Positions 32,101 through 44,200 of a stretch of 64,000 nucleotides of DNA are shown here, piece after piece. The position numbers and the translations under genes were made by a program. Each line of letters opens with the position of its first letter. Position 1 is the first letter of the stretch. This DNA is from Patiria miniata. Taxonomy: Eukaryota. The stretch spans positions 1,043,897-1,107,896 of the forward strand of contig NW_024037061.1 in the NCBI RefSeq assembly GCF_015706575.1, read 5' to 3'. The notes under the pieces are model-generated. The model was not told where the DNA came from and did not search any database. It worked only from the letters and a program-made list of their open reading frames with translations.

Positions 32101-35100
32101 TTAGGCTCGGGTTGTTTTATAATATATCACGTGCCTGCTTGGAGCCGTGCAAGGTCTTTGGCCAATAAGTGAATATTTATTACAGGATGCTTTAATTAGT
32201 TGCCATTGTAACAAAGCCTCCTGCGATACAATTAAAGGGCGTCCCTTTTTATTTCTATGGCTCTCATATTTTATTTTTTGCCTTTGAAGTTCACCTAGGG
32301 TCGGTCAAGACAAAACAAAACTCTGAACAATAAAACAGAAATTGCAGTTGCAACCGTATAGATTGCTAAATTAAATGATCCCAAGTGCTATTGTCTCTAG
32401 TTTTGTTTTTCGCCATGAGTTTATTAGCAGTTGATCACTGAAAAGAATAATAAAAGCGTATTTGGCAAGATGTAGTTGACTTATATTGTATCTGCACCTA
32501 GCAGCTCACTAACGTCAGATGTTTTGGCCATAGTGATAGCCATGACATACCAGTAAAGTTTTACCATAGATTGACACCTAATATGATGAGAGGCAACATC
32601 CTCTCATCTTCTGAAATTCCACTAGTTGCTATACGTGTACGTCGTTCTTAGCAAAGCAAAATAATGTGGTATTATTAATAGCTTTTCAAATAACACCAAG
32701 CCTGGTTGCCTGAATTTTGTTTTATTATTTTTGTTTTTTTCGTTTGTAATTGTTTTATTTCTTAATGGGGTTCCAGACAGGTTCGACGGTAATGAAACAG
32801 TTTTTTTTTTCCTTGGGTTGGGATTCTAAAATAGGGTCAGCCGGAAATGAGAACCAGTTGAGCTTCAAAGATGTTGAAATTGAACTGATTTAAGAAAACT
32901 ACGGCAAACCTGATTTACTTGTTCAACATACATGTACGTGTATTAGCACAGTGCAATCACCACCACAGCGCACCAACTATTAAACTGACACAAGTCTGAT
33001 GGTATCTACACAGCACTGAAAAATACCTGAGTAGGATAATTAGACAGTGTGTGCATGTACATGTATATGGCCGTTAGCTTTTGGTAGTTTAATTTTAAAA
33101 AATAATGGAGGAAAGAGTAATCACCTTGAGACCGGGATTAAGCCTGTTTGGTCCATAGGTTATTGCCAATTAATTAGGCTCGAGCTTGTTTTAGTCGTAA
33201 ATTACGCGCCTGCTTGGAGCCGTGCAGGATTATTGGCCATCACAACAAGGCCTTTGGTGCAATTACTTTGGGATATAAGAAGATATTAAAGGGAATATAC
33301 AACATTTGCAAACATCAAAAAATAAAACTAACAAGTTTTTACAAAATACCTTACTAGTATGTTGGTAAATGACAGTCTCAAGTATCTTGTAAAATTATTG
33401 CACCTGCTGTGAAGTCATTTTCAAGAAAATTTTATTTTTGTAAACATTTCCAACGGTGGTCGGCCGACCAGCGTTGGAAAAACCTAACTATTTTTCAACT
33501 ACTGCTCCAAATTTACCTTTTTTTTTCAGTCCAAATTTTGTTTGCTATTGGTTACATGTTCATGAACGGGTGCAGGCCAGCTAGACTGGTTCCCTTGCCT
33601 TACAATTTTCCATCATCTATAAATTGATCCATTTTATCTTTTGTGGAGTCAGGGAACCAACTACCTGAACATTTTTGTTTTTCTTGGTTTTTCCAACCTT
33701 TACGAACACAAAACTTCAAAAATGTCAGTGTAACAATATTTGATCTATTATACATGTACTAACCCCTCAAATAGTTCATTTCTGAAAATTACAGCAAAAG
33801 CCAATGATGTACATTCCCTTTAAACGCTGCTGCGTGAATTTGATGAATTTAACAGATCCAAAACTCACATTTCCCCCTTTTTTGTACAGTTTGATGTTCA
33901 AGGTTCCAGGGGACGTCGGTGTTGTTGCTATAGCAACCCGCATGACAGCAGGAAAAGGTGAGAACGTAAATTCTTTGAGTAGCTGTTAACTGTTCCTTTG
34001 CCTTGTAAATTTTCCGTCTTTTGTTTTATGGTAAATTTGTAATTATTATTATTATTAATTATTTCTGGTAATGAAACTAAGGATTCTTCAAAAGCGCCTT
34101 AGGCACTGAAGCTCGCAAGCATGAATAAACCTTAGAAGACGATGAGAATTAATTACAGTTTTAGGTGGGAGGTAGACCCCAGAAGAATATTGGGGGGGGG
34201 GGGGGGGAACCGACGGAATCGGGCAGGGACTCAAATCCAACCTGGCGGGATTAGAGCTCGAATCACAGGGTGTAAACTGCAACTATTGCGAGCGTTATCT
34301 GTTGTGCGTTAAAATGCACATAACACGTGAAATCTGTTTTGGCTTTCCATGTAGCCTGGTGTTCAGTTTGATATTCCCCACAAATGGCATGCAAAACTTT
34401 TCTGTTTCATTGTCTGAGACGTTACTAAGTAATTGTAAAGTTGGTTACGGGTACCCGATCCGGTAATCTGGAACCGGTTCCTGACATCAGCGGTCGGGTA
34501 CTTGGGTATCGGTTCCGATGCACACCCTTAGTGTTAAGGTGTTATTTGTTTATGGAATCCATTTGTGATATTGTGTTAGGACGTGGTGGCAACAAGTGGC
34601 TAGGACCCATAGGCTGTGCCATGTTCTCCTTGCACGTGCGGATTCCCTTCGGTTCAGAGCTTGCCGACAAGCTCCCGTTCTTACAGCACATTGCTTCGGC
34701 TGCCGTTGTTGAGGCTGTCAGATCCATAAATGGCTATCAGGTAAGCTCTGCTTAACAGAATGCTAAGTAATTTTCTAAGCAGAATTGTTTTTTTTGTTGA
34801 GTGTCTGAACTTGAATATTACTGCAAGTTTTTGAGTACATTCGTTTTAAGAGCATGCTGAACATGGTTACAAGAATGTCTCAGAAAGGGTGAATAATGAA
34901 GAAGTACAAACAAGAACATTGGTTTAAGTGTTGGCTCTGAAACAGGCCCTTCGCGTGAAACATTTGCATGAGCATTCATAGATGTTCAACTATTTGTGTA
35001 TTGACTACGTATTTTTCAACAAGACAAACTCTCCAAATTGCGTCTAAAATTTGTGTGGACATTACAGGACATAGATCTGCGACTGAAGTGGCCCAACGAC

Positions 35101-37451
35101 ATCTACTACGGTGACAAGATGAAGCTAGGTGGAGTCATTGTCAATTCAAGTGCATTGGACAATGTGTTCCATGCAATTATTGGTAAGATCGCATCATGAT
35201 CACATGAGGGAAAAAAGTGGTAGGACTGTAACACTTGGTGAGTCTGTCATTGAAGAGACAGGCTTAACCCTAACCCCCTAGGCCCTTGTTGCTTACAACC
35301 ATCCTCAATCCTCCAAAATTTTCCAAAATTTTGCAACTCCGCCTAAATTTTTCAAAATTGTCAGACAGTCCTGCCTCAAAATGCATTCATCCTCAATCCT
35401 CCAAAATCCTCCTCATCCCAAAACTTTGCACTCGTGTTTAAATGAAGGATAACCAACGCCAAATCCTTCAAAATCATCAGACAGTCCTGCCTCAAAATGC
35501 ATTCATCCTCAATCCTCCAAAATCCTCTTGTGCTTCAATCACCATTCATCCTCAATCCTCCAAAATCCTCATGCGCTTCAATCACCATTCATCCTCAATC
35601 CTCCAGAATCCTCATTTGATTCAATCACCATTCATCCTCAATCCTCTAGAATCCTCCAAAACCGCCAGGAGGATTTTGGAGGAGTGAGGTGGGTTAGGGT
35701 TAATAAGAAAAATTATTCTAAAGATTAGTACATGAAAAACTCAGTGTTTGAAACAGTACGACGTCATCTCATTTATCTGGGATAAGTTGCAGACAGGTGT
35801 ATCTGCAATAGGCAAATTGTATCAGATAAGAAGAAGAAGACTTTTTTGGGGGGAGGATGGAGGCTAGTCATCCTTACATCTAGCTGAGAAGCTGAATTGT
35901 GAGGGACGCAGCTACAACGTGATCGAGCCGAAGGCATGTAAAGGTGCCTTAGGGAGTCACCATACGACCCATGTCTGACCACAGAGCACAGCCAGATCCA
36001 AAGTGTTGATTTTTGCAGAGGGAGGACAACCGGAGAGCCCGGAGAAAAACCCTGTACTCTACTCAAATATGGCCCAAGCCGGGAATCGAACCCGGGCCAC
36101 AGTGGTGAGAGACGAGCACTTTATGCTCTAGCCACCCGTGCCATCAGTGGCAAGAGTCTGAGATTAATTGAAATGTAGATTAATGTAGATTAATTTAAAA
36201 GTTAATTTGTCTTTCAATATTTGGTTTTGCCCTTCGCCAATGTAATTTGATGCCGTCTGAGAGTCCATACTTAATACACACGGACTCGAATCCATGACCT
36301 CCTGCTTACTAGTGCAGACATCTTTCTACTCAACCACAGAGCTTGCTGAGGTCGGCTGGCTGGTTCGAATGCGACTAATTTGTTCTGTCTTCCTAGGCTG
36401 TGGTTTCAATGTTGACAACAGCGACCCAACGATTTGCATCAACGACCTAATCCGGCTTCACAACAAGCAGACCAATGCAAACCTGGCGTTGTTGACCATA
36501 GAAGAGCTCATCGCGAGGACCATCAGCCAAATTGAAAGCATCATCCAGGTTTTCCAGAACAAAGGAGCAGAGCCATTTCTGGAGATGTACTATAGGAGAT
36601 GGTTGCACAGGTAAATATATGGGGTCAGAAGTGGGATTAAATTCAGATCTGGCGTTGTCGCCCCATGGTTTTCCAGAGGGAAGGGGCAGAGTCGTTTCTG
36701 GAGATGTAGTATAGAAGATGGCTGCATAGGTTAATATATGGGGTTAGAAGTAGGATTAAATTCAGATCTGGTCTTTGTATCAGGTGTTGTCGCCAAAGGT
36801 TTCCAGAGGGAAGGAGCTGAGTCATTTCTGGAGACTATAGTCATTTCTGGTACTATAGGAGGTGGTTGCATAGGTAGTTATTGGGGGTACGGTCAGAAGT
36901 GGGATTAAATTTAGACCTGGTCTTTGAATTAGGGGTTGCCGCCCAAGATGTCTAGAGGGAAAGAGCTGAGTACAAGTACAATAGGAGGTAGCACATGTAC
37001 GTATTTGGGGTCAGAAGTGGGATTAAATTAAGATGTGGTCTTTGTCGTGGGCGTTGAAGCCAATGCATAAAACCAAGCACTGTGTATAGGATTCACAGTG
37101 TTTGCACCATAGAGCTATAATCAAATAATAGAGCTCTTTAATTTGCACGCATTTGGAAATTGTTTTTTCTGAACTAAACATGTTCTTGAAATGCACACGC
37201 AAAGATGGAATACTGATCTACTGACTAATTCCTATATTCCAGTGTCTTAATGGCCCTTTCTTGTATTTGGCAGTGGCTGTAAGGTGCGTCTCGAGAACGA
37301 GTCCGGGCCTGAAGTAACAGTGGAAGGCTTAGACAGGTCTGGTTTCCTCTCGGTGAGAGACCAACAGGGGGCGCTTCGCAGCGTCCAACCCGACGGCAAC
37401 ACCTTTGACATGACCAAGAACCTGGTGCTGATGAAGGAGAGACGGGAGTGA
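19867..37451 (+). CDS. HLCS: Holocarboxylase synthetase / biotin-protein ligase gene, 10 coding exons: 19867-20127, 23071-23428, 23879-24759, 25972-26154, 29465-29733, 33890-33957, 34580-34740, 35068-35182, 36397-36610, 37274-37451.
   Basis: All junctions are GT-AG with continuous phase. Diagnostic BPL motifs: [19 protein letters not shown] (catalytic GRGxxxW loop), [44 protein letters not shown], and a C-terminal domain ending MKERRE*. The exon-3 segment [48 protein letters not shown] matches the conserved N-domain of human HLCS. AATAAA at 37662-37667. Confidence 0.85.
21230..21665. repeat. Minisatellite: about 5 tandem copies of an 88-90 bp unit (HLCS intron 1).
   Basis: Unit gagctcttaagtgattggccagttctgctcaaatgccccagactgcagaatctcattggtcaacagctgg..acctcattgat. 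Confidence 0.7.
23071..23428 (+). CDS. HLCS: HLCS exon 2 (low-complexity Ser/Pro-rich N-region).
   Basis: Acceptor tgtccaacag|. Donor T|gtgagt. GC-rich. Confidence 0.7.
23879..24759 (+). CDS. HLCS: HLCS exon 3 (large N-terminal domain exon).
   Basis: Acceptor tttttcag|. Donor CAA|gtaagt. ORF 23845..24771. Confidence 0.85.
24925..25175. mobile_element. MITE with TIR TAACCAGTT.../...AACTGGTTA, copy 1 (HLCS intron 3).
   Basis: taaccagttcacgccgg ... gcgccaactggttaa. 80-85% identical to 30515-30760. Confidence 0.5.
25641..25713 (-). tRNA. tRNA-like sequence (degenerate). Probably a tRNA pseudogene or a SINE head, not a functional tRNA.
   Basis: The reverse complement GGGCTGGATAGCTCAGTTGGTAGAGCACCGGAACACCAATCCGGAGGTCGCAGGTTCAAACCCCACTCCAGTCA has good D- and anticodon arms. 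Position 33 is C, and the acceptor and T stems are mismatched. Confidence 0.35.
25972..26154 (+). CDS. HLCS: HLCS exon 4.
   Basis: ggtaacag|GTCCAG ... AATGAG|gtaaaa. 61 codons. Confidence 0.85.
27599..28125. mobile_element. TTAA-flanked MITE family 2, copy 1 (TTAA|agggaatatacaac ... cattccct|TTAA).
   Basis: 11-bp TIR agggaatatac / attccct. Internal hairpin ccaacggtggtcagccgaccactattgg. In HLCS intron 4. Partial relatives at 2395-2470, 18000-18230 and 57395-57470. Confidence 0.55.
28625..29021. mobile_element. TTAA-flanked MITE family 1, copy B (TTAA|ccctaaccccctaggcc ... ggtgggttagggt|TTAA).
   Basis: TTAA at both boundaries. About 30-bp TIRs plus internal tandem sub-repeats. Located in HLCS intron 4. 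Confidence 0.6.
29465..29733 (+). CDS. HLCS: HLCS exon 5.
   Basis: tatatacag|CAAGTG ... GAAAG|gtaaag. Protein [19 protein letters not shown]. Confidence 0.85.
30515..30760. mobile_element. MITE with TIR TAACCAGTT.../...AACTGGTTA, copy 2 (HLCS intron 5, 50 bp from the FReD stop codon).
   Basis: taaccagttcacgtcgg ... ggcgcaaactggttaa. Confidence 0.5.
30809..31771 (-). CDS. Intronless fibrinogen-related domain (FReD) protein, 320 aa, with signal peptide and Cys-rich N-region. Nested antisense in HLCS intron 5.
   Basis: Single ORF with a real ATG. The C-terminal fibrinogen domain is unmistakable: [48 protein letters not shown] ... [42 protein letters not shown]. Confidence 0.85.
   Translation of the reverse strand: MYPKTQWEATTVRLLIFVVSVLLPRGSGKHLGAIFRAASNHGLVYSDYAWRKTASSVICVRDCHSDPRCHSVNYCSHRQLCVLNDADQAQKPGDFKQMLGFVYYDGSDLLAVPDAVTCRTLFEAGERASGVYNLTVAQRNFQAYCDMTTDGGGWVTIQRRQDGSVNFYRNWAVYRAGFGDLAGEFWLGNDMVRQLTELACGWELLVELEALNGTTAWAKYGEFRIEGDKYTLRVEAYVELSTAGNALEYHNGWPFTTYDQDNDASVYNCAASYIGAWWYNWCHRANLNGLYYSQIVWNNQQNVIQGEPLKKCSMKIRELK
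33286..33823. mobile_element. TTAA-flanked MITE family 2, copy 2.
   Basis: atatTTAAagggaatatac ... acattccctTTAAacg. Ends 66 bp upstream of the HLCS exon-6 acceptor. Confidence 0.55.
33890..33957 (+). CDS. HLCS: HLCS exon 6.
   Basis: tttgtacag| ... AAAAG|gtgaga. Protein [23 protein letters not shown]. Confidence 0.8.
34580..34740 (+). CDS. HLCS: HLCS exon 7 (catalytic GRGGNKW loop).
   Basis: tgtgttag| ... TATCAG|gtaagc. Confidence 0.9.
35068..35182 (+). CDS. HLCS: HLCS exon 8 (KWPNDIYY).
   Basis: attacag| ... ATTATTG|gtaaga. Confidence 0.9.
35264..35703. mobile_element. TTAA-flanked MITE family 1, copy C.
   Basis: ggcTTAAccctaacccc ... gggttagggTTAAtaag. Located in HLCS intron 8. Confidence 0.6.
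36069..36155 (-). mobile_element. tRNA-derived SINE fragment.
   Basis: The reverse complement carries a tRNA-like head with the B-box GGGTTCGATTCCCGG. Confidence 0.45.
36397..36610 (+). CDS. HLCS: HLCS exon 9 (GCGFNV).
   Basis: tcttcctag| ... CACAG|gtaaat. Confidence 0.9.
36590..37035 (+). repeat. Tandem array of about 4 units (about 125 bp each). It duplicates the 3' end of HLCS exon 9 plus its donor site and the start of the intron. Copies 2-4 are degenerate.
   Basis: ggagatgtactataggagatggttgcacaggtaaatatatggggtcagaagtgggattaaattcagatctgg is followed by ggagatgtagtatagaagatggctgcataggttaatatatggggttagaagtaggattaaattcagatctgg and two more decayed units. Confidence 0.65.
37274..37451 (+). 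CDS. HLCS: HLCS exon 10 (C-terminal domain, stop TGA).
   Basis: tatttggcag| ... TGA at 37449-37451. Confidence 0.9.
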
Positions 37452-40400
37452 GCCCCCTCTTGGCCAGATATAGCCAGCTTAGAGACCAAGATCAAATTAA
37501 TTTGAATTGGAGAGCTGTACATCAAAGTCTAATGTAAATATTAGATAATTGGATTTTTTTAAACCAAAGACGCTGAGAACAGTAATCGCACATTTTTTTT
37601 ATAATCTGGCTTCCTTAGTTCTTTGATTTTTCAGTATTCATTTGTTTGTCAGGAAACCATGAATAAACCTACTTTCTAAAGATATAATCATTGTGCAGGT
37701 TTTTACCCCCACCTTAACCCTTAGTCCTTGTATCGTCCCAAACCATCCCAGCACTGTATGATTTTATATTAATCAGGAAATAAGTACATTGTTATACAAT
37801 GTATACAATGTATACAATGTATTACAGGTGCGAACGGGTTAAATATAAACTAATTGACACAGTACATTTATGTAACAAACACAATAATTGCCTTGTAAAA
37901 TGCAGCTTCTAATTACAATAAAAGTATAGCCTAAAATGTAGCATAAATAACAATAATTATAAGTACTAAACATGAGGAAGTGAGGGCATGCAATTTATGT
38001 ATATTATGTAATATACAAATAATGAATGTTTATGAGTGCAACATTTGGTAAAAATAATTTCTTGAGGTGACAGATTCCACAAGGCAAAACCGAGTGGAAT
38101 GGAACGTTGCATTCGCCTCGTGTAGTGGAACATTCCATCTGTCACCGAATGAAATTATTCTTTCCATTGCACGAATGTGAAACATTGACTATTTGTTTTA
38201 TACAACACCTGAATGAATCCTCGTCATCTGATTGGTCAGAGCCACCAACATGTGATACCTGTGCCATGGAACTTCTATTTATTGTGGAATGGAACTCCTG
38301 TTTTTGCGGTGCAGCTGCGTCGTGCGTTCGGACGAATAATTCAAGGGCATATGATCAACCACTGACCAATCAGATGGCGGGGATGTATTCAGGCGTTTAC
38401 ATTAGAATATTATTAACAATGTTTTGACCAAGCCACATTAGTGCTGCCATGTGTCTACTGCCAGTTTCTTCCATCTTTCCAACCACAAAGTATCTTCCAT
38501 TTGCCTCCGTTTTTGGTTGAGTTTTCAGAAATCTAGCTTTTACAGAAACAAAACCTGAATTCAGGATTTTTTTTCTTCGAAATGTAAATCACATATTTGC
38601 TTCTATATCAGCGTCCCGATTTTGCTTTTTAAAACTCTATATCCCCTTACAATCTGCCACTCTGCACCCCGGCTACACCACTAGCATTCGGGTTCATATA
38701 GTTTGGACAGAGAATACCGTAACGGGCGAGTGTTTGCCAAAAGTGTCTTCACAACAAGAAGAAGGCCCTCATAACAGTTGCAGTTGGCCACTGCTCAGTC
38801 AACCGTAAATGTAATGACATGACCAGGGTGTCATTTTAAAGAGGAGATTAAACCCTAATAGAAGATATCTCCTTTTGATTCACATGTGCCCTACTTCTGT
38901 TCCAATTAGCAATAATATCTCGGTTTCGGTTTTTTTTTATCCACCCTGTATAGACGTCGTTGTCCATATGGGTCTGTATGATACAGGGTGACAAACCGCA
39001 TTTCGGGGCGGTTTCGGGCGCACAAGGACCGCAGTAGGGGGACAACTTGTCCTGGTAAAACATCCAGCAACTCTGCCTCCTACGAACCGCCCAAGCCGGG
39101 TAAAACCGTCTAGTTGTAAATATTAAAGAAAGGTCACTTGAAACAATTTATAACAAAGGGTTGTCTCATTGATTTCATACAGTAGAGGAGTGGGCATTTG
39201 CACAGATATTTTGTTGTTGGAAGTTATGTCTAGGTGTTTGTTTTTTGTTTGGTTTGGGGCCTTTTTTTGGTTGAACTTTTTTTTCATTTTATGACCACTT
39301 TATAAGTAATCACTGGATAAGATGTTTGTAGTTGTTTGCAGATTCACTATACACAAATGTGTGCAGACAATTTCCGCTTGTGATTATTACATGAATTACT
39401 TGCGAAACCTACTCGGTAAATTAAAAAGGTATATAAACGAAATGCATGAAAAGTCAATGTATCCTGTATAAAGCTTGTGAGCAGTGTGCCTCAAAGAATC
39501 GAATACCAGTTCACTTTATCCACAATTAAAAACAAAACACGTTCTTTTCTTTTCAGAGACTTTAGCTCCTAATGTAACTTTTATCCGGTAAATTTGAATG
39601 GAAAAATGTAAAAGGAATTGTAAGTTTATGGAATGTTACTTAGGAAAGAATATATATTTCGAGGTGAATTTTTGCGAGTGTTGTGCTGATGTTTTTTTTT
39701 TTTAATTTAATCCAGAACCGAAAGTTGGACACATTATAGTAATATCAAATAAAACACAGTTGCTGGTAGATTTGAGTTGATTTCTTCATTATTGAATAGA
39801 TGCTTATCTCTGATTGTATCTCTTTCCCTGGTACTTTAATGTTTTCCACGTTTTGTAGTTTGTACTTTCATTTTTTTCAGACTATTATTTGTTAACTTGT
39901 AGTACCTGAAGGTGTTTATACAATTCCGTAATTCGTGGCACATTTCGGCCATAAGCAATAATAAAAGAAAAACACGAACGCCCCATCAAGAAAGGTTGTC
40001 TAAGCCCATAAGTTGGAGTACACGTGCTTTGGGGTGTAGCACCTTGAAAAATAGATTTTCAAATTGAATTGATAATTCTCTAGCATTACATTAGTCATGA
40101 GTTTTATAATGTTAAAGTTGAAAGAAAAGTGTTATTCAGAAGCAATGGTCTATGCCCCGGCGCGGCCCAGCGACAATAAATTAACTAAAATTAATGGCAT
40201 ATTAATGAGCATCCTATCCTGTATATTTTACCGGATATTGTTTTACGTCGGAAAACTCCATCGCATGATCGTAAGTTACATGTTTGTAGCTGATTTTCCT
40301 CTAATTGTTCAAGAGTTGTTATTATAATTGTTGCGTAATCGCGGCCATTGGAAGAGGGCGCTTTACCCCTTTTCCATTGTTTTAACTGGGGCTACAGGGT

Positions 40401-41039
40401 CTATTTAACGATGGAGCAGGGAAAGAAATTTTGTTCCCAAATTTGGCTAAAAATACAGTAATATATTGTGGCAAGAGTAATGAAAGAAACGAACAAAAAT
40501 ACATGTACGTGAAAATTCGTTATAATTTATGTGATATATAACATTTCATATTTCCAAAAAAGAAAAGGAAAAAAAGGCTCTACATTCTTACAGCGGCACA
40601 AAAAAATCAAGGAATCCATCGAATGCAAGTTGGGGGATGAAAATAATACAAAGCATCGGACGGTGTCCGTTGCTACGCGCAGCATGACGGAGGTCGAACC
40701 TGCTTGTATGGATGCTTGATTATGTGCTTTAGAAAATCCATGCGCATAAGCTGGATATATTATGCGAGTAAGGTTGCAACACCATTGTGTATTTGCGTTG
40801 TCTGGTCTCTCCAACGTTCCCTTTTTATATCACAAATTCACAATTAAAATCTTGCATTGGTCAACGAGTCACGACTTTTGTCCTTGGTGGAAAGAGTGCA
40901 CATTGCAGGTCAGTTTGCGTAAAGGATATATCGTGCCTGTGACATGTAGTTATGTCACGATGGTCGTGCATTGAACTGAAGTGGATGCCAAACGCAAGAC
41001 ATGGTAGTGCACTGGTGAATCCTTCTGTCGTATTTTGAC

Positions 41040-41230
41040 ATGGGGAGATCGCAGGATGGCGGCTGGGCTTGGGTCGTGCTGCTCGGTGCACATGTCGGTA
41101 CCATGCTGAGCAATGGCTATCTGCTAACACTCGGAGTATTCTACACAGAATGGAAGGAAGTGTTCGAGTTGTCTGCTACGAATGCAAGTTGGCTTGTCAG
41201 CATGCCCATGCTGGTGGCAAGCCCTTTGTG
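41040..41230 (+). CDS. MCT-like exon 1.
   Basis: ATG 41040. Donor T|gtaagt. Confidence 0.8.
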
Positions 41231-44200
41231 TAAGTACTTCTTGGTTGGGATGGATAGTTGTTTTGTTAGTTTGGGTACTGTAGGTTTATCAAGTTGTATA
41301 TTTGCCTATGTTGCTTATAAAGGATTTAAGCTTGGCGTAGCGGTACTTAATTTCCTGTCTCCCACCGCTGTGACCCGGGTTCGATTCCTGCCTGAGCCAA
41401 TATGTGGATTGGGTTTTCAGTCCCTATAAAATTGATTCTTTGGGTTTTCCTCTAAAATTAATATTCTGGGTTTTTTTCCTGCCTCTAAAGCTGATTTCCC
41501 ATGATGGGAGACCAGTTGATTCCATAACAGGGCCTATTATGGAGCTGAATTGGCTGCAGTTGAAATAATATTTAAAAAAAATTATGTCCTGTTCTGTTGG
41601 ATTGTTTTTAATTATAAACAAATATTCATAAATACCTCAGACAGTTTACGCATTCCTATTGGTCGAGAACCCGTCACGTGGCCGGTCTTAAACGGATGAT
41701 AAAGACATGGCTAGCTGGTCTTAAACGCTTTTCCAGTGTCACATGAAATTTGGACTCCTATGAAATCCGGTGCCTTTTAACGTTTCATTGGCTGAACGTT
41801 CACTTTCCTCCCGTATGCATGCGCAATGTACTAGTGAATCAGTATTTCATGGTCCAAAATTCACACTTCACCAGCCCAGCTGCGTTTTGCGCGACATCGC
41901 GCAGTACGCGCGACGCGCACGCCAATGTCCCTATTAGGTAACGAGTTGTGGAGGGGCATTCCATATTATAGTCAGAGGGGTGTTTCTAAAAACATGATGT
42001 AAAATTGTTGAACAAAATGGTTGGCAACGTCTAGTTTTTGACATTTTTTTATATTGGACCGAAAAGGTAATTATGAATGGGAATAAATGTGTGTTCGGTC
42101 AGTATTAAACACTCTGTTTAAGACCGGTTTGAGTCTGGATGGGCGATAATTACCCTCGGCTTCGCCTCGGGTAATTATCGCCCATCCAGACTCAAACCGG
42201 TGTTAAACAGAGTGTTATAATACCTCCCAAACACACATTTATTCCCTAAATAATACACTTTAATCTATCAGGAGGGCTGTGTGGCATTCATGGGCGTCGC
42301 CAGGATTTTTTCCGGGGGGGGGGTGGGCAAAGCAGATTTTCCCCAAAATTCCTTAACTTTTTCATTATATTCTCAATTTATCATATTTCCGAGCGTGAGC
42401 AGTGGAGCATTTGCCCCCCCCCCCCACCCCCATCAAATTAACAGCAATATGGCTTCGGTCCTCATTTTCTTTTTTTCCCCCCTTTTCCCCCGTTTTCCGA
42501 AGGGGGGGGGGGGAGTGCCACTCTTGCGCCCCCCCCCCCCCTCTCGCGACGCCCATGGTGACACTCGTGCTCCCCCTTGGACAATAGGCCAGTTCGCTAA
42601 CAAAATGAAAGGACCCTGTCCTTATCAAAGAGTTCGCTAATACTATTATTTGCACTGAAGAAGACAAGGTAATAGAGATTTGACTGCGACAAACAGTTGA
42701 TAACGATCGACATACGTCGGTGGCATGGGTGGCTTGTGCGTATTAAAAGCGCTCGCCTCTCAGCAAGGTGACCACGGTTCGAATCCTGGCCGCGAATCAC
42801 ATGTGAGTAGAGTTGTGCGTTGGTTCTCTCCTGTACCATGAGGGTTTTTATCCGGGCTCTCCGGTTTTCCTCCCTCTGGAAAAATCAAACATTTTCGATC
42901 TCAGGCCGGCAGCCATAGGCGGCGCCTTTATGTGCCAGCGGCCCGTCCACGTTGTAGACGCGTCCTTCGCACAGCATACCAGCTGCGAGTAAGGATGATT
43001 AGCCTCCCAAATTATTTATTATTACGTAACAGACGAAAACTAAAGGCGGTTAAACTTAACGCTATATGGAAGGGCACAATTACGTAACAATGAGGTTAAA
43101 CTATAAAGAAAGACGAAAATAGAAATCAATGTGATGATTTTAATCCCCTTTTTCAAATAAAAGCAAACTGGAAATAATTATGTAGGTCTTATGGTCTATC
43201 GGATCTATCTAATGGTCTATCCAGCTGCTGGCCATAGGTTGCGTCCTTGCGGGGCAAGCCACTTCATCCCCACTTGCCTCTCTCCACCTAGCTAGGAGTA
43301 GCGGCATTAGCTGGGGAGTAACCTAGGACTGGCATCCCATCCAGGGGGAATAGACATCAGTCGTTTCATGCCACTGAAATCGGAGATAAACGCCGGCCTG
43401 ATTGGCCATTGGCTCGAGACATTACTTTACTATACATGTATCTATAACCCCCCTTTTCTTTATAATATGTTTCCATTGAGGAAATGAATCAGCGGTTTTA
43501 ATGGAGGGAGCTGCATCCCTCCCGAAACAAATTGTTGCTCCACTGCTTTTGTTGATCACACAATTTTGTTATTTCGGTCAGGCTTTTTTGTCGGCGTTCT
43601 GGCGTCTCGGGTCGGCATACGCCGTGTGTCCATGCTCGGAGCAGCAGTCACTGGACTTGCAACGATACTGGGATCAAAAACCTCCCACATTGGCCAGCTC
43701 TACGTCTGCAATGGGTTGCTCGGTGAGTCAGTTTCAGCTGTATATATTTGGAGGGACGGGCTTTGAATTGACTGAGGGCTTGCTTAGAGCGCCCTCAATG
43801 TGGGCATGTTTCGTTAATTAAGTGACAATGAGAGTACAACGTGTCTGCTCATGCGCATTGCAGAGGAACAAAGACCTGTTGACAATGAGGGCGCTCTGCG
43901 CAGGAAGAGACTATAAAAATGTCCTTTGACCATAAATGTTTATGAATAGTGATAACAGTCTTAATGTCCTGATGTTTCACGTTTGCATAAGTCAAATCAC
44001 AATTTCCTTGCAAGCCAAGTTACAGTAATAATTATAAAGATACAGATATGTCTTTGTCACAGCCCACTCACTTGTAATTGACTTGTGAACGCCGATCGGC
44101 TCCAACTCAGTTTTAAAGGCTCGTACGAACATTAGTTTCGGAGACAAAACTGCCGATTTAAAGTGAAAACCGATTGTTCAAAGTCAAGACATTATAACTG

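Noticed and set aside
38100-38430. 106-aa ORF 38107..38427 downstream of HLCS.
   Set aside because: Overlaps an inverted-repeat region (tctgattggtcag ... ctgaccaatcagatgg) in the HLCS 3' flank. No splice context or homology.
42281-42839. ORFs 42281..42640, 42365..42667, 42402..42587 and similar (also 56027..56308, 56064..56282, 16805..17103 and 34088..34282, which run through poly-G/C tracts).
   Set aside because: Poly-Gly/Pro translations of G/C homopolymer runs, not genes.
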